From: Ignavibacteriota bacterium
GTDB taxonomy: Bacteria > Bacteroidota > Ignavibacteria > UBA10030 > UBA6906
Assembly: GCA_963801355.1 (NCBI GenBank)
Contig: CAWDEM010000008.1
Location: forward strand, 256,001-320,000
Length of the DNA stretch: 64,000 nt
Direction: 5' to 3'
Of this stretch, positions 10,796-20,651 are shown piece after piece (positions within the stretch are counted from its first letter, which is position 1; every line of letters begins with the position of its first letter). Below the pieces are notes generated by a model, which searched no databases, had not been told where the DNA came from, and worked only from the letters and a program-made list of their open reading frames with translations. Made by a program: the position numbers and the translations under genes.

Positions 10796-12501
10796 AGACC
10801 TTTGCGACACCACTCGTGTGTGCATCTCTCCTCCTGTGCGCCACCGCCGCGTACGCACAACAGGAAAACGTCCCGGTGTCAAACCCGGTGTACAATTTCC
10901 TGAAAAGGATGGAAGTGAAGGGAGTAATCGAACGCTACCACGATGTGGTTCTGCCGCTCTCCCGCGCTGAGGTGGCGAGGTTTCTCGTGGCGGTCGAAGA
11001 AAAGAACGACCGCCTCTCCGATGCCGAACGAGCGTGGCTCAGTGACTTTTTTGCCGAGTTCCGTTTTGAGATCGACGGGACGACAGGGAATTTTCACAGG
11101 CTGATCGCATCGGAGGAGAGTACTTTCGGTGCAGCCGCAGGAGAGATATTCTGCAGCCGCGAAAAGTATCTCTATTTTCATACTGATTCTACGATTTCGA
11201 TATTCGCCAACGTGTTGTTGGATGTCGACGCACGGTTGATCAGCGGGGATGCTCTCGGCTCGGAACACACGGAGTACCTGCAGGTGGGGGGGAGGGCGAG
11301 GGGCAGCATCTATGGCCACCTGGGATACTACGTTCAATGGACGAACGCGCAGTTCTGGGGAAGCAGAGAACTGCTTTACCGGGATCCCGTCATCTCACAG
11401 AGTCACGCTCTGCAGGTGGGGAACGCACAGAACTTCGATATCGCGGAGAGCTATCTTCGATACGGCACCGACGTGGTCTCTCTCCAGGTAGGTCGGGAAC
11501 GTCTCCTTTGGGGGACCGGTTACGATCAGAAGATGACATTGTCGGACAACGTCCGTCCGTATGACTTTGTCCGGTTCGATGCGAAGTTCAAGTCGCTCAA
11601 GTACACATTTCTCCATGCATGGCTGGTCGGAACGCGCGGACAGGTCGTCTTCACCGTTCCGTCGGATACCTCCGCCCGCTTCACCGAAGACGTCGCGGCT
11701 GACAAGTACTTCGTCGCGCACAGGCTGGAATTTTCGCTCCCCGGACTTTTTGACTTCGGTTTCCAGGAGATGCTCATCTACAGCAACCGCTCTCCGGACC
11801 TGGCGTATCTGAATCCCCTGACGATCATCGAATCATCACAACGTTCACGGGGCGAACGGGATAACGCCTACTGGGCATTCGACGTCCAGCTCCACTTCAT
11901 TCCGCAAATCGAGGTCAGCGCAAGCATCACCTTCGACGACATCAACCTGCCGATCATCTTTTCCGACAAATGGAATGCGATGTATGCCTGGCAGGCGGGT
12001 ATGTTCTATGCAGACATGTTCGGAATCGCAAATACCAGTCTCATGCTGGAGTACACGCGGATCGAGCCGTATATCTACTCACATGCCAGGTCGCGCGAGG
12101 ACAATTACACGAGTCTGGACCGCAACCTCGGCCCGCGGATCGGGCCGAACGCCGATTCCTGGTTCATCCGGATCGATTACCTCCCTTCGCAGAATTTGAC
12201 GTTTTCTTTGCGGACCAGTTTCGACCGCAAGGGAGAGAACATACGCGATGCCGGCGGGCAGGTCATCAAGAATGTGGGTTCGGACGTCTTTCTGCCGCAC
12301 CGGGGGGGCGATCCGGAGACCAAGGTCTGGCTGGACGGGATTCTGTACAAGTCGCGCACCGTGGATTTCCGGGTTACATGGGAGATCGTACACCAGATCT
12401 GGCTGGAAGGGCGGGGCCTATTCGAGTCTGTGGAGAATGCTGCCGTGGGGAGCCTGGACAAGAACGCCACGGCGGTCTTTCATGTACGTGCGGAATTCTA
12501 A
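10792..12501 (+). CDS. Capsule assembly Wzi-family outer-membrane beta-barrel
   Basis: Signal peptide, 'PLSRAEVA', 'GRERLLWG', 'AHRLEF', 'AYLNPL', 'DN', 'LG..IGPNAD', terminal Phe; ATGA overlap with the upstream gene. Confidence 0.75.
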   Translation: MKTFATPLVCASLLLCATAAYAQQENVPVSNPVYNFLKRMEVKGVIERYHDVVLPLSRAEVARFLVAVEEKNDRLSDAERAWLSDFFAEFRFEIDGTTGNFHRLIASEESTFGAAAGEIFCSREKYLYFHTDSTISIFANVLLDVDARLISGDALGSEHTEYLQVGGRARGSIYGHLGYYVQWTNAQFWGSRELLYRDPVISQSHALQVGNAQNFDIAESYLRYGTDVVSLQVGRERLLWGTGYDQKMTLSDNVRPYDFVRFDAKFKSLKYTFLHAWLVGTRGQVVFTVPSDTSARFTEDVAADKYFVAHRLEFSLPGLFDFGFQEMLIYSNRSPDLAYLNPLTIIESSQRSRGERDNAYWAFDVQLHFIPQIEVSASITFDDINLPIIFSDKWNAMYAWQAGMFYADMFGIANTSLMLEYTRIEPYIYSHARSREDNYTSLDRNLGPRIGPNADSWFIRIDYLPSQNLTFSLRTSFDRKGENIRDAGGQVIKNVGSDVFLPHRGGDPETKVWLDGILYKSRTVDFRVTWEIVHQIWLEGRGLFESVENAAVGSLDKNATAVFHVRAEF

Positions 12502-12509
12502 CGAAAAGG

Positions 12510-12538
12510 TTGACTTTTTCGATTCTTTTTCCGACTTT
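12510..12538 (+). promoter_or_regulatory. Probable promoter of tRNA-Leu (TTGACT-17-GACTTT)
   Basis: 17-bp spacing and position 15 nt upstream of the tRNA; resembles other promoters in the window. Confidence 0.5.
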
Positions 12539-12553
12539 GAGCTCGCTAGTCAA

Positions 12554-12639
12554 GCGGAAGTGGCGAAATTGGCAGACGCACCATCTTGAGGGGGTGGCGC
12601 CCACAAGGCATGCGGGTTCAAGTCCCGCCTTCCGCACCA
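12554..12639 (+). tRNA. tRNA-Leu(GAG) with encoded CCA
   Basis: GCGGAAG/CTTCCGC acceptor stem, anticodon arm CCATC-TTGAGGG-GGTGG, long variable arm, T-loop GGTTCAAGTCC, ends ACCA. Confidence 0.96.
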
Positions 12640-12691
12640 CCCGGAAGAAGAAGCGCGGGATCTCTCTCTCATCCACTGGGGATGGAAAATC

Positions 12692-13093
12692 ATGAGTAGA
12701 GCATTCATGGCTGTGCTGTTCATTGCCATTATGGCTGCCTGTGCGTACGCCGGTGGTATCAAAGACGGTTCGCTGTCGGCATACAGCAACGGCTCCGCCA
12801 TCGTCGTGCGATGGGTCAGTGATGATGAGCGCGATGTGCGCGGCTACATGGTGGAGCGCCGGACCGGCGTGGAGGGTCCCTTCATTCAACTCACCGATCC
12901 GTTCCTATCTCCACAGGGCAACGGCGCGAGTTACGAATTCATCGACAACTCCGTGTTTCGCACCAACGACAATCTGTATCAGTACCGTGTCACCTGCGTG
13001 GGCACTACGACCGCTCCATACTACGTCCTCGCGCGCTACAACTCCACCGGCGTGCGGCGTACATGGGGAAGCATAAAAGCGATGTTCCGGTAA
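12692..13093 (+). CDS. Small secreted Ig/FN3-like protein with C-terminal TWGSIKAMFR motif
   Basis: Signal peptide; 'IVVRW..DDE....GYMVER...YEFID....YQYRV' beta-sandwich pattern; ends 'GVRRTWGSIKAMFR'. Confidence 0.75.
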   Translation: MSRAFMAVLFIAIMAACAYAGGIKDGSLSAYSNGSAIVVRWVSDDERDVRGYMVERRTGVEGPFIQLTDPFLSPQGNGASYEFIDNSVFRTNDNLYQYRVTCVGTTTAPYYVLARYNSTGVRRTWGSIKAMFR

Positions 13094-13120
13094 GTCTCAT
13101 CACACAACGACGATCGTTCA

Positions 13121-13155
13121 ACGGAAGACTCACAGGGTGAGTCTTCTGTCGTTTA
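13121..13155 (+). terminator. Hairpin, probable intrinsic terminator
   Basis: GGAAGACTCAC-AGG-GTGAGTCTTCT followed by GTCGTTT. Confidence 0.55.
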
Positions 13156-13179
13156 GAGGAAACCCTTCACAAGGTCTGC

Positions 13180-13779
13180 ATGCAACTTTCCCATCCGTTG
13201 ATACTCGCATCCCGCTCGCCGCGGCGGAGCGCACTCCTGCAACAAATCGGATTGAGTCCCAGTGTCGCGCCATGCGATGTCCCTGAGGTTATGGATCCGT
13301 TGCTTTCTCCCGCACAGAATGCGGAATCACTCGCCGTCCAGAAAGCGCGATGCGGCGCCAAGGACGTGAGGGATGGGATCGTGCTCGGTGCCGACACGAT
13401 CGTCGTGATCAATGGGGAGACGCTCGGGAAACCATCGGATGAAGCCGATGCCGTGCGCATGTTGCTCTTGCTCAGCGGCCGGACACATATGGTGCACACC
13501 GGGTTTGCGTTGCTGGAGTGTCCGTCGGGGCGGGTTGTGAGCGGCGTTGAGTCGACGCGGGTGACATTCCGGACGTTGCCGATGGAGGAGATCACGGAAT
13601 ACGTCCGGAGCGGCTCACCCATGGATAAAGCCGGAGCGTATGGGATCCAGGATGATTACGGCGCAGTGTTCGTTACGCGCATCGAAGGGTGTTACTACAC
13701 GGTGGTGGGTTTGCCTCTTGCGAGGGTGTACCAGGCGCTGCGGGCATTCGCAGCGACAACAGAAGAAATAGGAAAATAA
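13180..13779 (+). CDS. maf: Maf-family nucleoside triphosphate pyrophosphatase (YhdE type)
   Basis: 'LILASRSPRR..LL', 'GADTIV', 'LGKP', 'DKAGAYGIQ', 'VVGLPL'. Confidence 0.95.
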   Translation: MQLSHPLILASRSPRRSALLQQIGLSPSVAPCDVPEVMDPLLSPAQNAESLAVQKARCGAKDVRDGIVLGADTIVVINGETLGKPSDEADAVRMLLLLSGRTHMVHTGFALLECPSGRVVSGVESTRVTFRTLPMEEITEYVRSGSPMDKAGAYGIQDDYGAVFVTRIEGCYYTVVGLPLARVYQALRAFAATTEEIGK

Positions 13780-13992
13780 TCACCCGGCAACAACTGCCTT
13801 CATCACCCCTACAGCCTGCAGTCCCTTCTGACCTTGCTCCACTTCAAACTCAACATGTTCCCCCTGCTTCAAGGTCTTGTATCCTTCGCCCACAATAGAC
13901 TTAAAGTGGACGAAAAGGTCCTCCCCGTTCTCACGCGTGATGAATCCGTACCCCTTTGCGTTGTTGAACCACTTGACAGTGCCTGTTTCCAT
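13780..13992 (-). CDS. csp: Cold-shock protein (70 aa)
   Basis: '[18 protein letters not shown]...DLFVHF...[11 protein letters not shown]....GQKGLQA' (RNP1/RNP2); true start is ATG 13992, not the longer ORF start. Confidence 0.96.
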   Translation of the reverse strand: METGTVKWFNNAKGYGFITRENGEDLFVHFKSIVGEGYKTLKQGEHVEFEVEQGQKGLQAVGVMKAVVAG

Positions 13993-14059
13993 GGAGCCAC
14001 CCCCGAATGTGATTCCGTGTGGATGGTAAGGAACCGCACTGATAAACGCAAGTGGAAGT

Positions 14060-16405
14060 CTACTCGTCGAGCCAGATGCCGAATCTGCCGGGAGTTTCCT
14101 CGACTTCATCAGGCTGGCCCGGGGCGGACGTGGTGATGATCTCCACCCCTTCGGAGGAGAACGGGAAGAGGTCATCCGGGGCGAAAATACGGACGAAATC
14201 CTGTGGCCGGAAGAAATCCTTGAATTTCTGGGCAAATTCATCGAGACGCTTCACGTAGTAGGCAACATTCTCGTCCGGAAAGTGAGGGTCCCAGTCTTCG
14301 GCCGGCTTGCAGTTCTCAAAGCCTTTGACATTCGGGTCCGTGCCGGTAATGTAGTAGACCACCCGTTCGCCCGCCCGCACGCGCCGTTCGGATTGCCGTG
14401 CGACCTCGTAGGCCGCACTTCTGTTGCGCTTGCCGGTCAGGACCTCGCGATCGTAGGTCTCCAGTGAATCCTTCAGTGTCTCCACGCGCGCGAATTCGCT
14501 GACGCTCATCTCGTGTCCTTGAAGGGCATTCACGGTGTTCATGTAGACGCGATGGAGTCCGTCGATGTCATTATTGAGAATTCTTTCAACTGCTTGCCGG
14601 ACAAATGCCCGCCCGAACCGTTCGATGCTGCGGGATATCAGGGATGATCCTTTCATGGTGAGACGGTCGTCGTAGCCAAGCAGGGCATAGTTCTTCTTTT
14701 TGTAGCTCAGCATGCGGCGGTAGCGCCCGTCGAGTTCCAGGGCGATCCGGGGTGGGAGGGTGAGCGCGATGGTCCGCACGAAGCCCCGCTCCGCATCTTC
14801 ACCGATGCAGTCAGGGGGTGGCACGAAGAACACCCCGTCCGTGTCCACCTCGACCACGATGCCGTAATGTTCGCGAATTGCGGCGATGATTTTCCGCAGG
14901 ATCTCCTGCCCGGCTTGCGTCACAGCGTCGGCCTGCGCGTAGTCGTTAAACAGCGCCCGGCTATACCCGAGATATCCGTAGAAGGAGTTAATCAGGATCT
15001 TCAGTGACGATTGCTCTGCGTCGAGGCGTGAGCGTTCGATGGGGTCAGTCGCGGTGCGTGCCTTCTGCTTGATATCGAGGCGCTGTGATGTGAGTTCTTC
15101 CAGCATTGCGGTGAAGATTCCCAGGGTGTCTTTTGCCGGACCGATGCCGTTGCCGATCATGAGGGAAGGATACAGCGAGGCGACGTCGGCATGGACGACC
15201 GGTGCAACCACGCCGGTCACGTACATATCGGTATAGCCGCCGGTGGTCTGGATCCCCTGCGAAGGGCGGGGGAGAGAGTGTTTCTGGCGCAGATATTCCC
15301 GTGCCATGAGCTGTTCGATCTTCGCTGCCGAGCCCATGCGTGTGACTGTCCCGTACGGAGAAGGGAGCAGCTGCGTGAGGTAGAAAGAGGTGGGCGAGAG
15401 ATGCCTGCTGATGAGTCCGGTTTCGGTTACGTCGTCCAGAGCGTACCTGACGAGTGTCTCAGGATCTTCGTCCCATGTGGATGAAATGCGATCGCCGTTG
15501 ACATAGACGCGGTCGGGAGATGCGAATCCGAAATACCGGGCCACGTATTTCAGCCCGTAGCTCTCCATGTTGCGTTTTGACTGATCGTAGCTCTGGACGA
15601 GGTGGAGGGTGTCCACCACATGACGCCCGGCGATAGCAGGCTCGCCGGGATATTCGCCGGTGCCGCTGCGTGCTTCCGCCGTTTTTGCCGCGCTGCCGTC
15701 CCTCCCGATGGTCAGCTCGACATCGTGGCGCGCACATCGCGTGAGGATGTACGGAAGGTCAAAAGCAATGATGTTGTGCCCCTCGATCACATCAGGGTCC
15801 CGCTCGTTGATCACCCGCACGAGGTCACGGAGCATCCGGCGCTCGTCGTGTTTTCGTCCGTCGATGACAGTGTGCCACCCGCGATTGTCGGTGAGTGCGA
15901 TGAGGATAATCCGGTCTCCGGGCCTCGTGGCTTTGCTGAAGCGGTACGGGCCGTCGGTATAGGTCTCAATATCCAGCTGCAGGCGATGCAGGTCGTCGAA
16001 CGACATCCCCTTGAACAGCGTCCGGCCCGTTTGCAGGAGAAATTGCGTGACAGGGTCGGGGACAAGATGGAGGGCGTCGAGTTGTGTGTATGATTCGATG
16101 CGGGTGGTGGTCAGCGCGTTGAAGCGGTCGAGCATGTGACGCACTGCATCCCAGAGTACCGGCCAGGCAGGGAAGACACAGATGTGAGAAAACGCCAGAG
16201 AACCTTCGGCCTTTTTCAGCCAGAATTTCTGGGTGAACCCGTCCAGGAGAAATGGGTCAGAGAGGTAGAAAAACGGAAAGAATTCTTCGTCGCGCGTAGT
16301 GACAGACTTCGCGCCGCGGATGTAGAGGCGCATGGACGCGTCGCCGGATGGGTGGACGGCGAGAATTCGTTCTTCGGCATTATGCCCGCGCAGGAGCGGC
16401 GTCAT
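14060..16405 (-). CDS. polB: Family B DNA polymerase with intact 3'-5' exonuclease
   Basis: ExoI 'DIET', ExoII '[10 protein letters not shown]', ExoIII 'YALDD'; Pol A 'DVASLYPS', B '[12 protein letters not shown]', C 'VDTDG', 'KKKNYA'. Confidence 0.92.
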   Translation of the reverse strand: MTPLLRGHNAEERILAVHPSGDASMRLYIRGAKSVTTRDEEFFPFFYLSDPFLLDGFTQKFWLKKAEGSLAFSHICVFPAWPVLWDAVRHMLDRFNALTTTRIESYTQLDALHLVPDPVTQFLLQTGRTLFKGMSFDDLHRLQLDIETYTDGPYRFSKATRPGDRIILIALTDNRGWHTVIDGRKHDERRMLRDLVRVINERDPDVIEGHNIIAFDLPYILTRCARHDVELTIGRDGSAAKTAEARSGTGEYPGEPAIAGRHVVDTLHLVQSYDQSKRNMESYGLKYVARYFGFASPDRVYVNGDRISSTWDEDPETLVRYALDDVTETGLISRHLSPTSFYLTQLLPSPYGTVTRMGSAAKIEQLMAREYLRQKHSLPRPSQGIQTTGGYTDMYVTGVVAPVVHADVASLYPSLMIGNGIGPAKDTLGIFTAMLEELTSQRLDIKQKARTATDPIERSRLDAEQSSLKILINSFYGYLGYSRALFNDYAQADAVTQAGQEILRKIIAAIREHYGIVVEVDTDGVFFVPPPDCIGEDAERGFVRTIALTLPPRIALELDGRYRRMLSYKKKNYALLGYDDRLTMKGSSLISRSIERFGRAFVRQAVERILNNDIDGLHRVYMNTVNALQGHEMSVSEFARVETLKDSLETYDREVLTGKRNRSAAYEVARQSERRVRAGERVVYYITGTDPNVKGFENCKPAEDWDPHFPDENVAYYVKRLDEFAQKFKDFFRPQDFVRIFAPDDLFPFSSEGVEIITTSAPGQPDEVEETPGRFGIWLDE

Positions 16406-16435
16406 CCTCCGTCCCTGTGATGTTCCGGGATGTCC

Positions 16436-17218
16436 TTATCCGTTGCCCGAAGCCTTGTTCTTCTCCTTGAATGCTTGAATGAAGGGGGCGATCAGGTCGA
16501 TGGGAATCGGGAAAATTGTCGTCGAATTCTTCTCCGAAGCGACCTCGGTCAGCGTCTGGAGATAGCGCAGCTGGAGGGCCATGGGATGGTGTTCGATAAT
16601 GACGGCAGCGTCGGCGAGTTTCTGGGATGCCTGGAATTCGCCTTCCGCGTGTATTACCTTTGCCCGCCGTTCGCGTTCCGCCTCCGCCTGACGCGCCATG
16701 GCCCGTTGCATCTCGATCGGGAGGTCGATCTGCTTCACTTCCACCGTGGATATCTTGATGCCCCAGGGTTCGGTATGGAAATCGATGATTTTCTGGAGTT
16801 CGGAGTTGATTTTGTCCCGTTCGGCGAGGAGCTCATCCAGAGATGACTGACCCAGGATGCTGCGCAGGGTGGTTTGCGAGAGCTGCGAGGTGGCGAAGAG
16901 GTAGTTCTCCACCTCGACGATAGCCTTGTCGGGCTGTACGACGCGGAAGTAGACCACCGCGTTGACTTTGATGGAGACGTTATCCTTGGTGATGACATCC
17001 TGGGGGGGAATATCGAGCACCACGGTGCGGAGGCTGACCTTGACCATTTTGTCGACGAGCGGGATCAGGAAAATGATTCCCGGGCCCTTCATGGCGATCA
17101 GCCGGCCGAGCCGGAAGATGACACCGCGCTCGTATTCACGCAGGATGCGCACGGCATTCGATATGATGATGACAGCAAAGATGATGATGACGAACAGGAC
17201 GATGCTGAAGGATTCCAT
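16436..17218 (-). CDS. Slipin/stomatin-like SPFH domain protein
   Basis: '[11 protein letters not shown]', '[10 protein letters not shown]', 'QTTLRS', '[15 protein letters not shown]', 'LQLRYLQTL'. Confidence 0.95.
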   Translation of the reverse strand: MESFSIVLFVIIIFAVIIISNAVRILREYERGVIFRLGRLIAMKGPGIIFLIPLVDKMVKVSLRTVVLDIPPQDVITKDNVSIKVNAVVYFRVVQPDKAIVEVENYLFATSQLSQTTLRSILGQSSLDELLAERDKINSELQKIIDFHTEPWGIKISTVEVKQIDLPIEMQRAMARQAEAERERRAKVIHAEGEFQASQKLADAAVIIEHHPMALQLRYLQTLTEVASEKNSTTIFPIPIDLIAPFIQAFKEKNKASGNG

Positions 17219-17239
17219 TGCAGTATTCCTTTCTGAAGC

Positions 17240-18541
17240 CTAGTGTGAACGCAATCGCACGGTAAGTTGCAGGCCTTCCGCCCGCAACACCTCGATCGGG
17301 GAGCCCGCAGGGATCGTCGTGCCGGAGGTCGTGGCGTTCCAAATTTCTCCGTGTATCCGCACCTGCCCGGTTGGCGAAAGATCCTGTATGGCCGTCCCGG
17401 TTTCGCCTAAAATTCCTTCAACGCCGGTCACGGGTTTGCGCCGTTGTGCGCGGATACCCATGCCGATGGCAAAGACGAAAAACAACACCGTGAAGATCAC
17501 TGAAGGGATGATAACGCTCCAGGAGATGCTGGCGAATTCAAGTGCTGAATCGGAATTGATAAGCATAATGGACCCTAGCAACAGAGAAATGGCTCCGCCC
17601 ACTGTGAGAAGGCCATAGCTGGTGATTTTGATCTCAAGGATGAACAGCACGATACCGACGATAATGAGTGCCAGGCCGGCATAGTTCACGGGGAGTGTAT
17701 GCAGGGAGTAGAATGCGAGGATCAGGGAGATCGCGCCTACGACGCCGGGAAGGACAGAACCGGGGTTATAGAGTTCAAACAGGAGTCCGTACACACCGAG
17801 CAGGAAGAAGATATAGGCGATGTTGGGGTCGCTGAGGAGATCCAGAAGCTTGTGCTTCCAACCCATCTCGATTTCAACGATTTCTGCGTCGGCGGTATGC
17901 AACGTGCGCGTTTCTTCACCGATGGTCACGGTCTTGCCGTCGATGTCGTTGAGAAGCGTTTGCACATTCGGAGCGATCAGATCGATCACGGAGTCCTTCA
18001 ATGCTTCCGTTTCGGTAATAGAGATACTTTTCCGCACTGCTTCTTCGGCCCAGCGGACGTTGCGGTGGCGTTTTTCACTGATGCTCCGGATGAACGCGGC
18101 GGCATCGTTGGTCGCCTTCTCATTCATGATCGAGTCTTTTTCGCCCCCCTGCATGCCCACCGGGTGTGCGGCGCCAATGTTGGTGCCGGGTGACATTGCC
18201 GCGATGTGGGCTGCGAGAGCGATGAACGTGCCGGCGGATGCCGCCTGAGCGCCGGAGGGGGCAACGTAGACCACCACCGGGATCGGGGCGGTCAGGAGAT
18301 CGCTGACGATGATCCGTGTCGATTTGAGCAATCCTCCCGGGGTGTTGAGCCTGACCACCAGGCACCCTGCTCCGTCCTCCACCGCTTGATCGATGCTCCG
18401 GTGTATGAAATCCGCAGTGGCCGGGTTGATAGTGGCATCGAGGGTGATGACGTGCACGGGTTGCGCATGTGCAATGAAGGAGGCGAAGAGAACCGTGATA
18501 TAGAGGGAGAAGGCAGGTCGCATGGCGTCAAGGATCCTCAA
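17240..18541 (-). CDS. nfeD: Long NfeD (ClpP-class membrane-bound serine protease), stomatin operon partner
   Basis: 'LNTPGG', 'AASAG', 'PGTNIGAAHPV', TM bundle, C-terminal OB fold 'GQVRIHGEIWNA'; adjacent to the slipin gene. Start may be the second Met at 18523. Confidence 0.93.
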   Translation of the reverse strand: MRILDAMRPAFSLYITVLFASFIAHAQPVHVITLDATINPATADFIHRSIDQAVEDGAGCLVVRLNTPGGLLKSTRIIVSDLLTAPIPVVVYVAPSGAQAASAGTFIALAAHIAAMSPGTNIGAAHPVGMQGGEKDSIMNEKATNDAAAFIRSISEKRHRNVRWAEEAVRKSISITETEALKDSVIDLIAPNVQTLLNDIDGKTVTIGEETRTLHTADAEIVEIEMGWKHKLLDLLSDPNIAYIFFLLGVYGLLFELYNPGSVLPGVVGAISLILAFYSLHTLPVNYAGLALIIVGIVLFILEIKITSYGLLTVGGAISLLLGSIMLINSDSALEFASISWSVIIPSVIFTVLFFVFAIGMGIRAQRRKPVTGVEGILGETGTAIQDLSPTGQVRIHGEIWNATTSGTTIPAGSPIEVLRAEGLQLTVRLRSH

Positions 18542-18607
18542 GGTAACCCTGCTATTCCGGAGAAAATGGTCACGCTTTGGACACGGTATACTGAGGCTGT
18601 CATGTCT

Positions 18608-18636
18608 AAAGTACCTCTCCCTATGGTCAGAGTCAA
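18608..18636 (-). promoter_or_regulatory. Sigma70-type promoter for nfeD-slipin (TTGACT-17-TACTTT)
   Basis: Exact 17-bp spacing on the minus strand, about 65 nt upstream of nfeD. Confidence 0.6.
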
Positions 18637-18887
18637 GGCGTCGTTTCAGAGAAGCCTTCGCTCCTCATTCCGGGGATTAACTACTTTTTCATCCTTTCGG
18701 TTGATTCCTTCGTGCGTTCTGTCTGGTATACTGCCTTAGGTTCAACTCGCGGCTCTCCAATCGGGGAACCGCATGCTCCTGGCCGTGTCCATGCTCCGGG
18801 CCATGTACTTGAGCTTCTCAAGTGGTGGAAGGCGTTTCACAACTGGATATGTGTCAGGCAGCTCAAAAAATCTCGAGATAAAATATC

Positions 18888-20633
18888 ATGAAGAACAAGA
18901 AAGCACAGTCTCATAGTGATGTCTTCCCAAAATCCCGCACATATATTCAAGGATTGGACGAGATCACCGACGGGGGATTACCCAAAGGCAGAGCGACGCT
19001 TGTGTGCGGTGGTGCGGGTTGCGGGAAGACACTCTTCGCCATGGAGTTTCTCGTCTACGGAGCAACGCAGTGCAATGAAAAGGGCGTCTTCGTTTCATTT
19101 GAGGAAACGGCGAAAGAACTCACTGCAAACGTTGCCTCGTTGGGGTTCGATTTGGACAACCTTGTAGAGCGCAAAAAGATGAAGATTGAACATATTCGGG
19201 TTGATCAGGGCGATTTGAAACTGGACGGCGAATACGATTTGGTCGCTCTGTTTATCAGGATCCAGGATGCGATCGAGAACATCGGGGCCAAGCGTATTGT
19301 GTTGGATACCATAGAGTCCCTCTTTTCAGGGTTGCCAAATCCTCTCATGCTGCGCACTGAATTGCGCCGGTTATTGCGCTGGCTCAAGAGGAAGGGCGTG
19401 ACAACAATTATTACCGCAGAGCGGGGCGATGGTACGTTAACGCGTCACGGTTTGGAGGAGTACGTGTCCGACTGTGTTATCCTGCTCGATCATCGAGTGA
19501 GCGATCAATCATCCATACGGCGGCTGCGCATTGTCAAATATCGTGGTTCAATGCACGGTACCAATGAGTATCCATTCCTTATTGATGAAGACGGTTTTTC
19601 TGTTCTGCCCATCACTTCCCTGGGACTGAACTTCTCTTCATCCCGCAAAAGAATTTCCACAGGCATTCCCCGTCTTGACACCATGCTCTCCGGCAAAGGT
19701 TACTTCCGCGGCAGTACGGTACTTGTCTCAGGTACCGCCGGTACAGGCAAGACGAGCATTGCTTCGCAATTTGTTGAAGCTGCATGCAAGAGGGGAGAAC
19801 GCGTGCTGTTCTTCACTTTCGAAGAATCCCCGAGTCAGCTTGTGCGCAATATGAAGTCGATCGGGATACAGTTGGAACCCTGGATACAAAAAGGATTGCT
19901 TCAGTTTCATGCAACCCGTCCGACACACTATGGCCTGGAAACTCACCTGACGACGAGCATAAAGCTGATCAATAGATTCGATCCTCAGATCGTTATTCTC
20001 GACCCGATAAATGCATTCGTTACAGGTGAGAACCACACCGACGTCAAAACAATGCTGCTGCGTCTTGTGGATTTTTTGAAGATGAAGCGGATAACCTCGT
20101 TCTTCACAAGCCTCACTTCCACCGGCGATGCTCTGGAGATCACCGATGCGTACATCTCGTCCTTGATAGATACCTGGTTGCTCCTCCGTGACATTGAGAT
20201 TGGAGGTGAACGCAATAGAGGATTGTACGTTCTTAAATCGCGCGGCATGGAGCATTCCAATCAGATTCGTGAGTTCAAGCTGACAAACCATGGTATCCAA
20301 CTGCTTGATGTCTATGTTGGCGCGGACGGTGTCCTGACGGGCTCAGCGCGCCTATCACAAGAGGCGAAGGAAGAAGCCGAACAATTGTTGCACCAGCAGG
20401 AAATTGTACGCAAACAGATTGGATTGAAGCGCAAGCATGAAGCAGTGGAAGCTCAGATTCTCCTGTTACGGTCTGAATTAGAAGCTGAAGAAGCAGAGGC
20501 GCTCAAGGCTATCGAAATTGACAAATCGAGAGTTGACCGTTTCGCCCGGGACAAGAGAAGAATGGCAAAGAGTCGAAGGAGTGATGTTCACACAAGACTG
20601 GCCGGAACAAAAACGAAAAAGGTGTCATCATAG
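18888..20633 (+). CDS. kaiC: Double-domain KaiC ATPase (KaiC2-like, C-terminal coiled-coil tail)
   Basis: Two Walker A motifs (GGAGCGKT, GTAGTGKT), FEE catalytic pairs, 'EEYVSDCVI', 'KYRGS.H', phosphosite region 'ISSLIDTW', 'KSRGM.HSNQIREF', E/K/Q-rich tail. Confidence 0.95.
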   Translation: MKNKKAQSHSDVFPKSRTYIQGLDEITDGGLPKGRATLVCGGAGCGKTLFAMEFLVYGATQCNEKGVFVSFEETAKELTANVASLGFDLDNLVERKKMKIEHIRVDQGDLKLDGEYDLVALFIRIQDAIENIGAKRIVLDTIESLFSGLPNPLMLRTELRRLLRWLKRKGVTTIITAERGDGTLTRHGLEEYVSDCVILLDHRVSDQSSIRRLRIVKYRGSMHGTNEYPFLIDEDGFSVLPITSLGLNFSSSRKRISTGIPRLDTMLSGKGYFRGSTVLVSGTAGTGKTSIASQFVEAACKRGERVLFFTFEESPSQLVRNMKSIGIQLEPWIQKGLLQFHATRPTHYGLETHLTTSIKLINRFDPQIVILDPINAFVTGENHTDVKTMLLRLVDFLKMKRITSFFTSLTSTGDALEITDAYISSLIDTWLLLRDIEIGGERNRGLYVLKSRGMEHSNQIREFKLTNHGIQLLDVYVGADGVLTGSARLSQEAKEEAEQLLHQQEIVRKQIGLKRKHEAVEAQILLLRSELEAEEAEALKAIEIDKSRVDRFARDKRRMAKSRRSDVHTRLAGTKTKKVSS

Positions 20634-20651
20634 AGGCGTTAACCCGGCTCC

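Noticed and set aside
14060-16405. PolB as marker of a casposon, pipolin or prophage
   Set aside because: No cas1, integrase, terminal repeats or phage genes nearby; the neighbours are housekeeping genes.
18888-20633. Complete circadian clock
   Set aside because: No kaiA or kaiB in the window, and the phosphosite and tail are not KaiC1-type.
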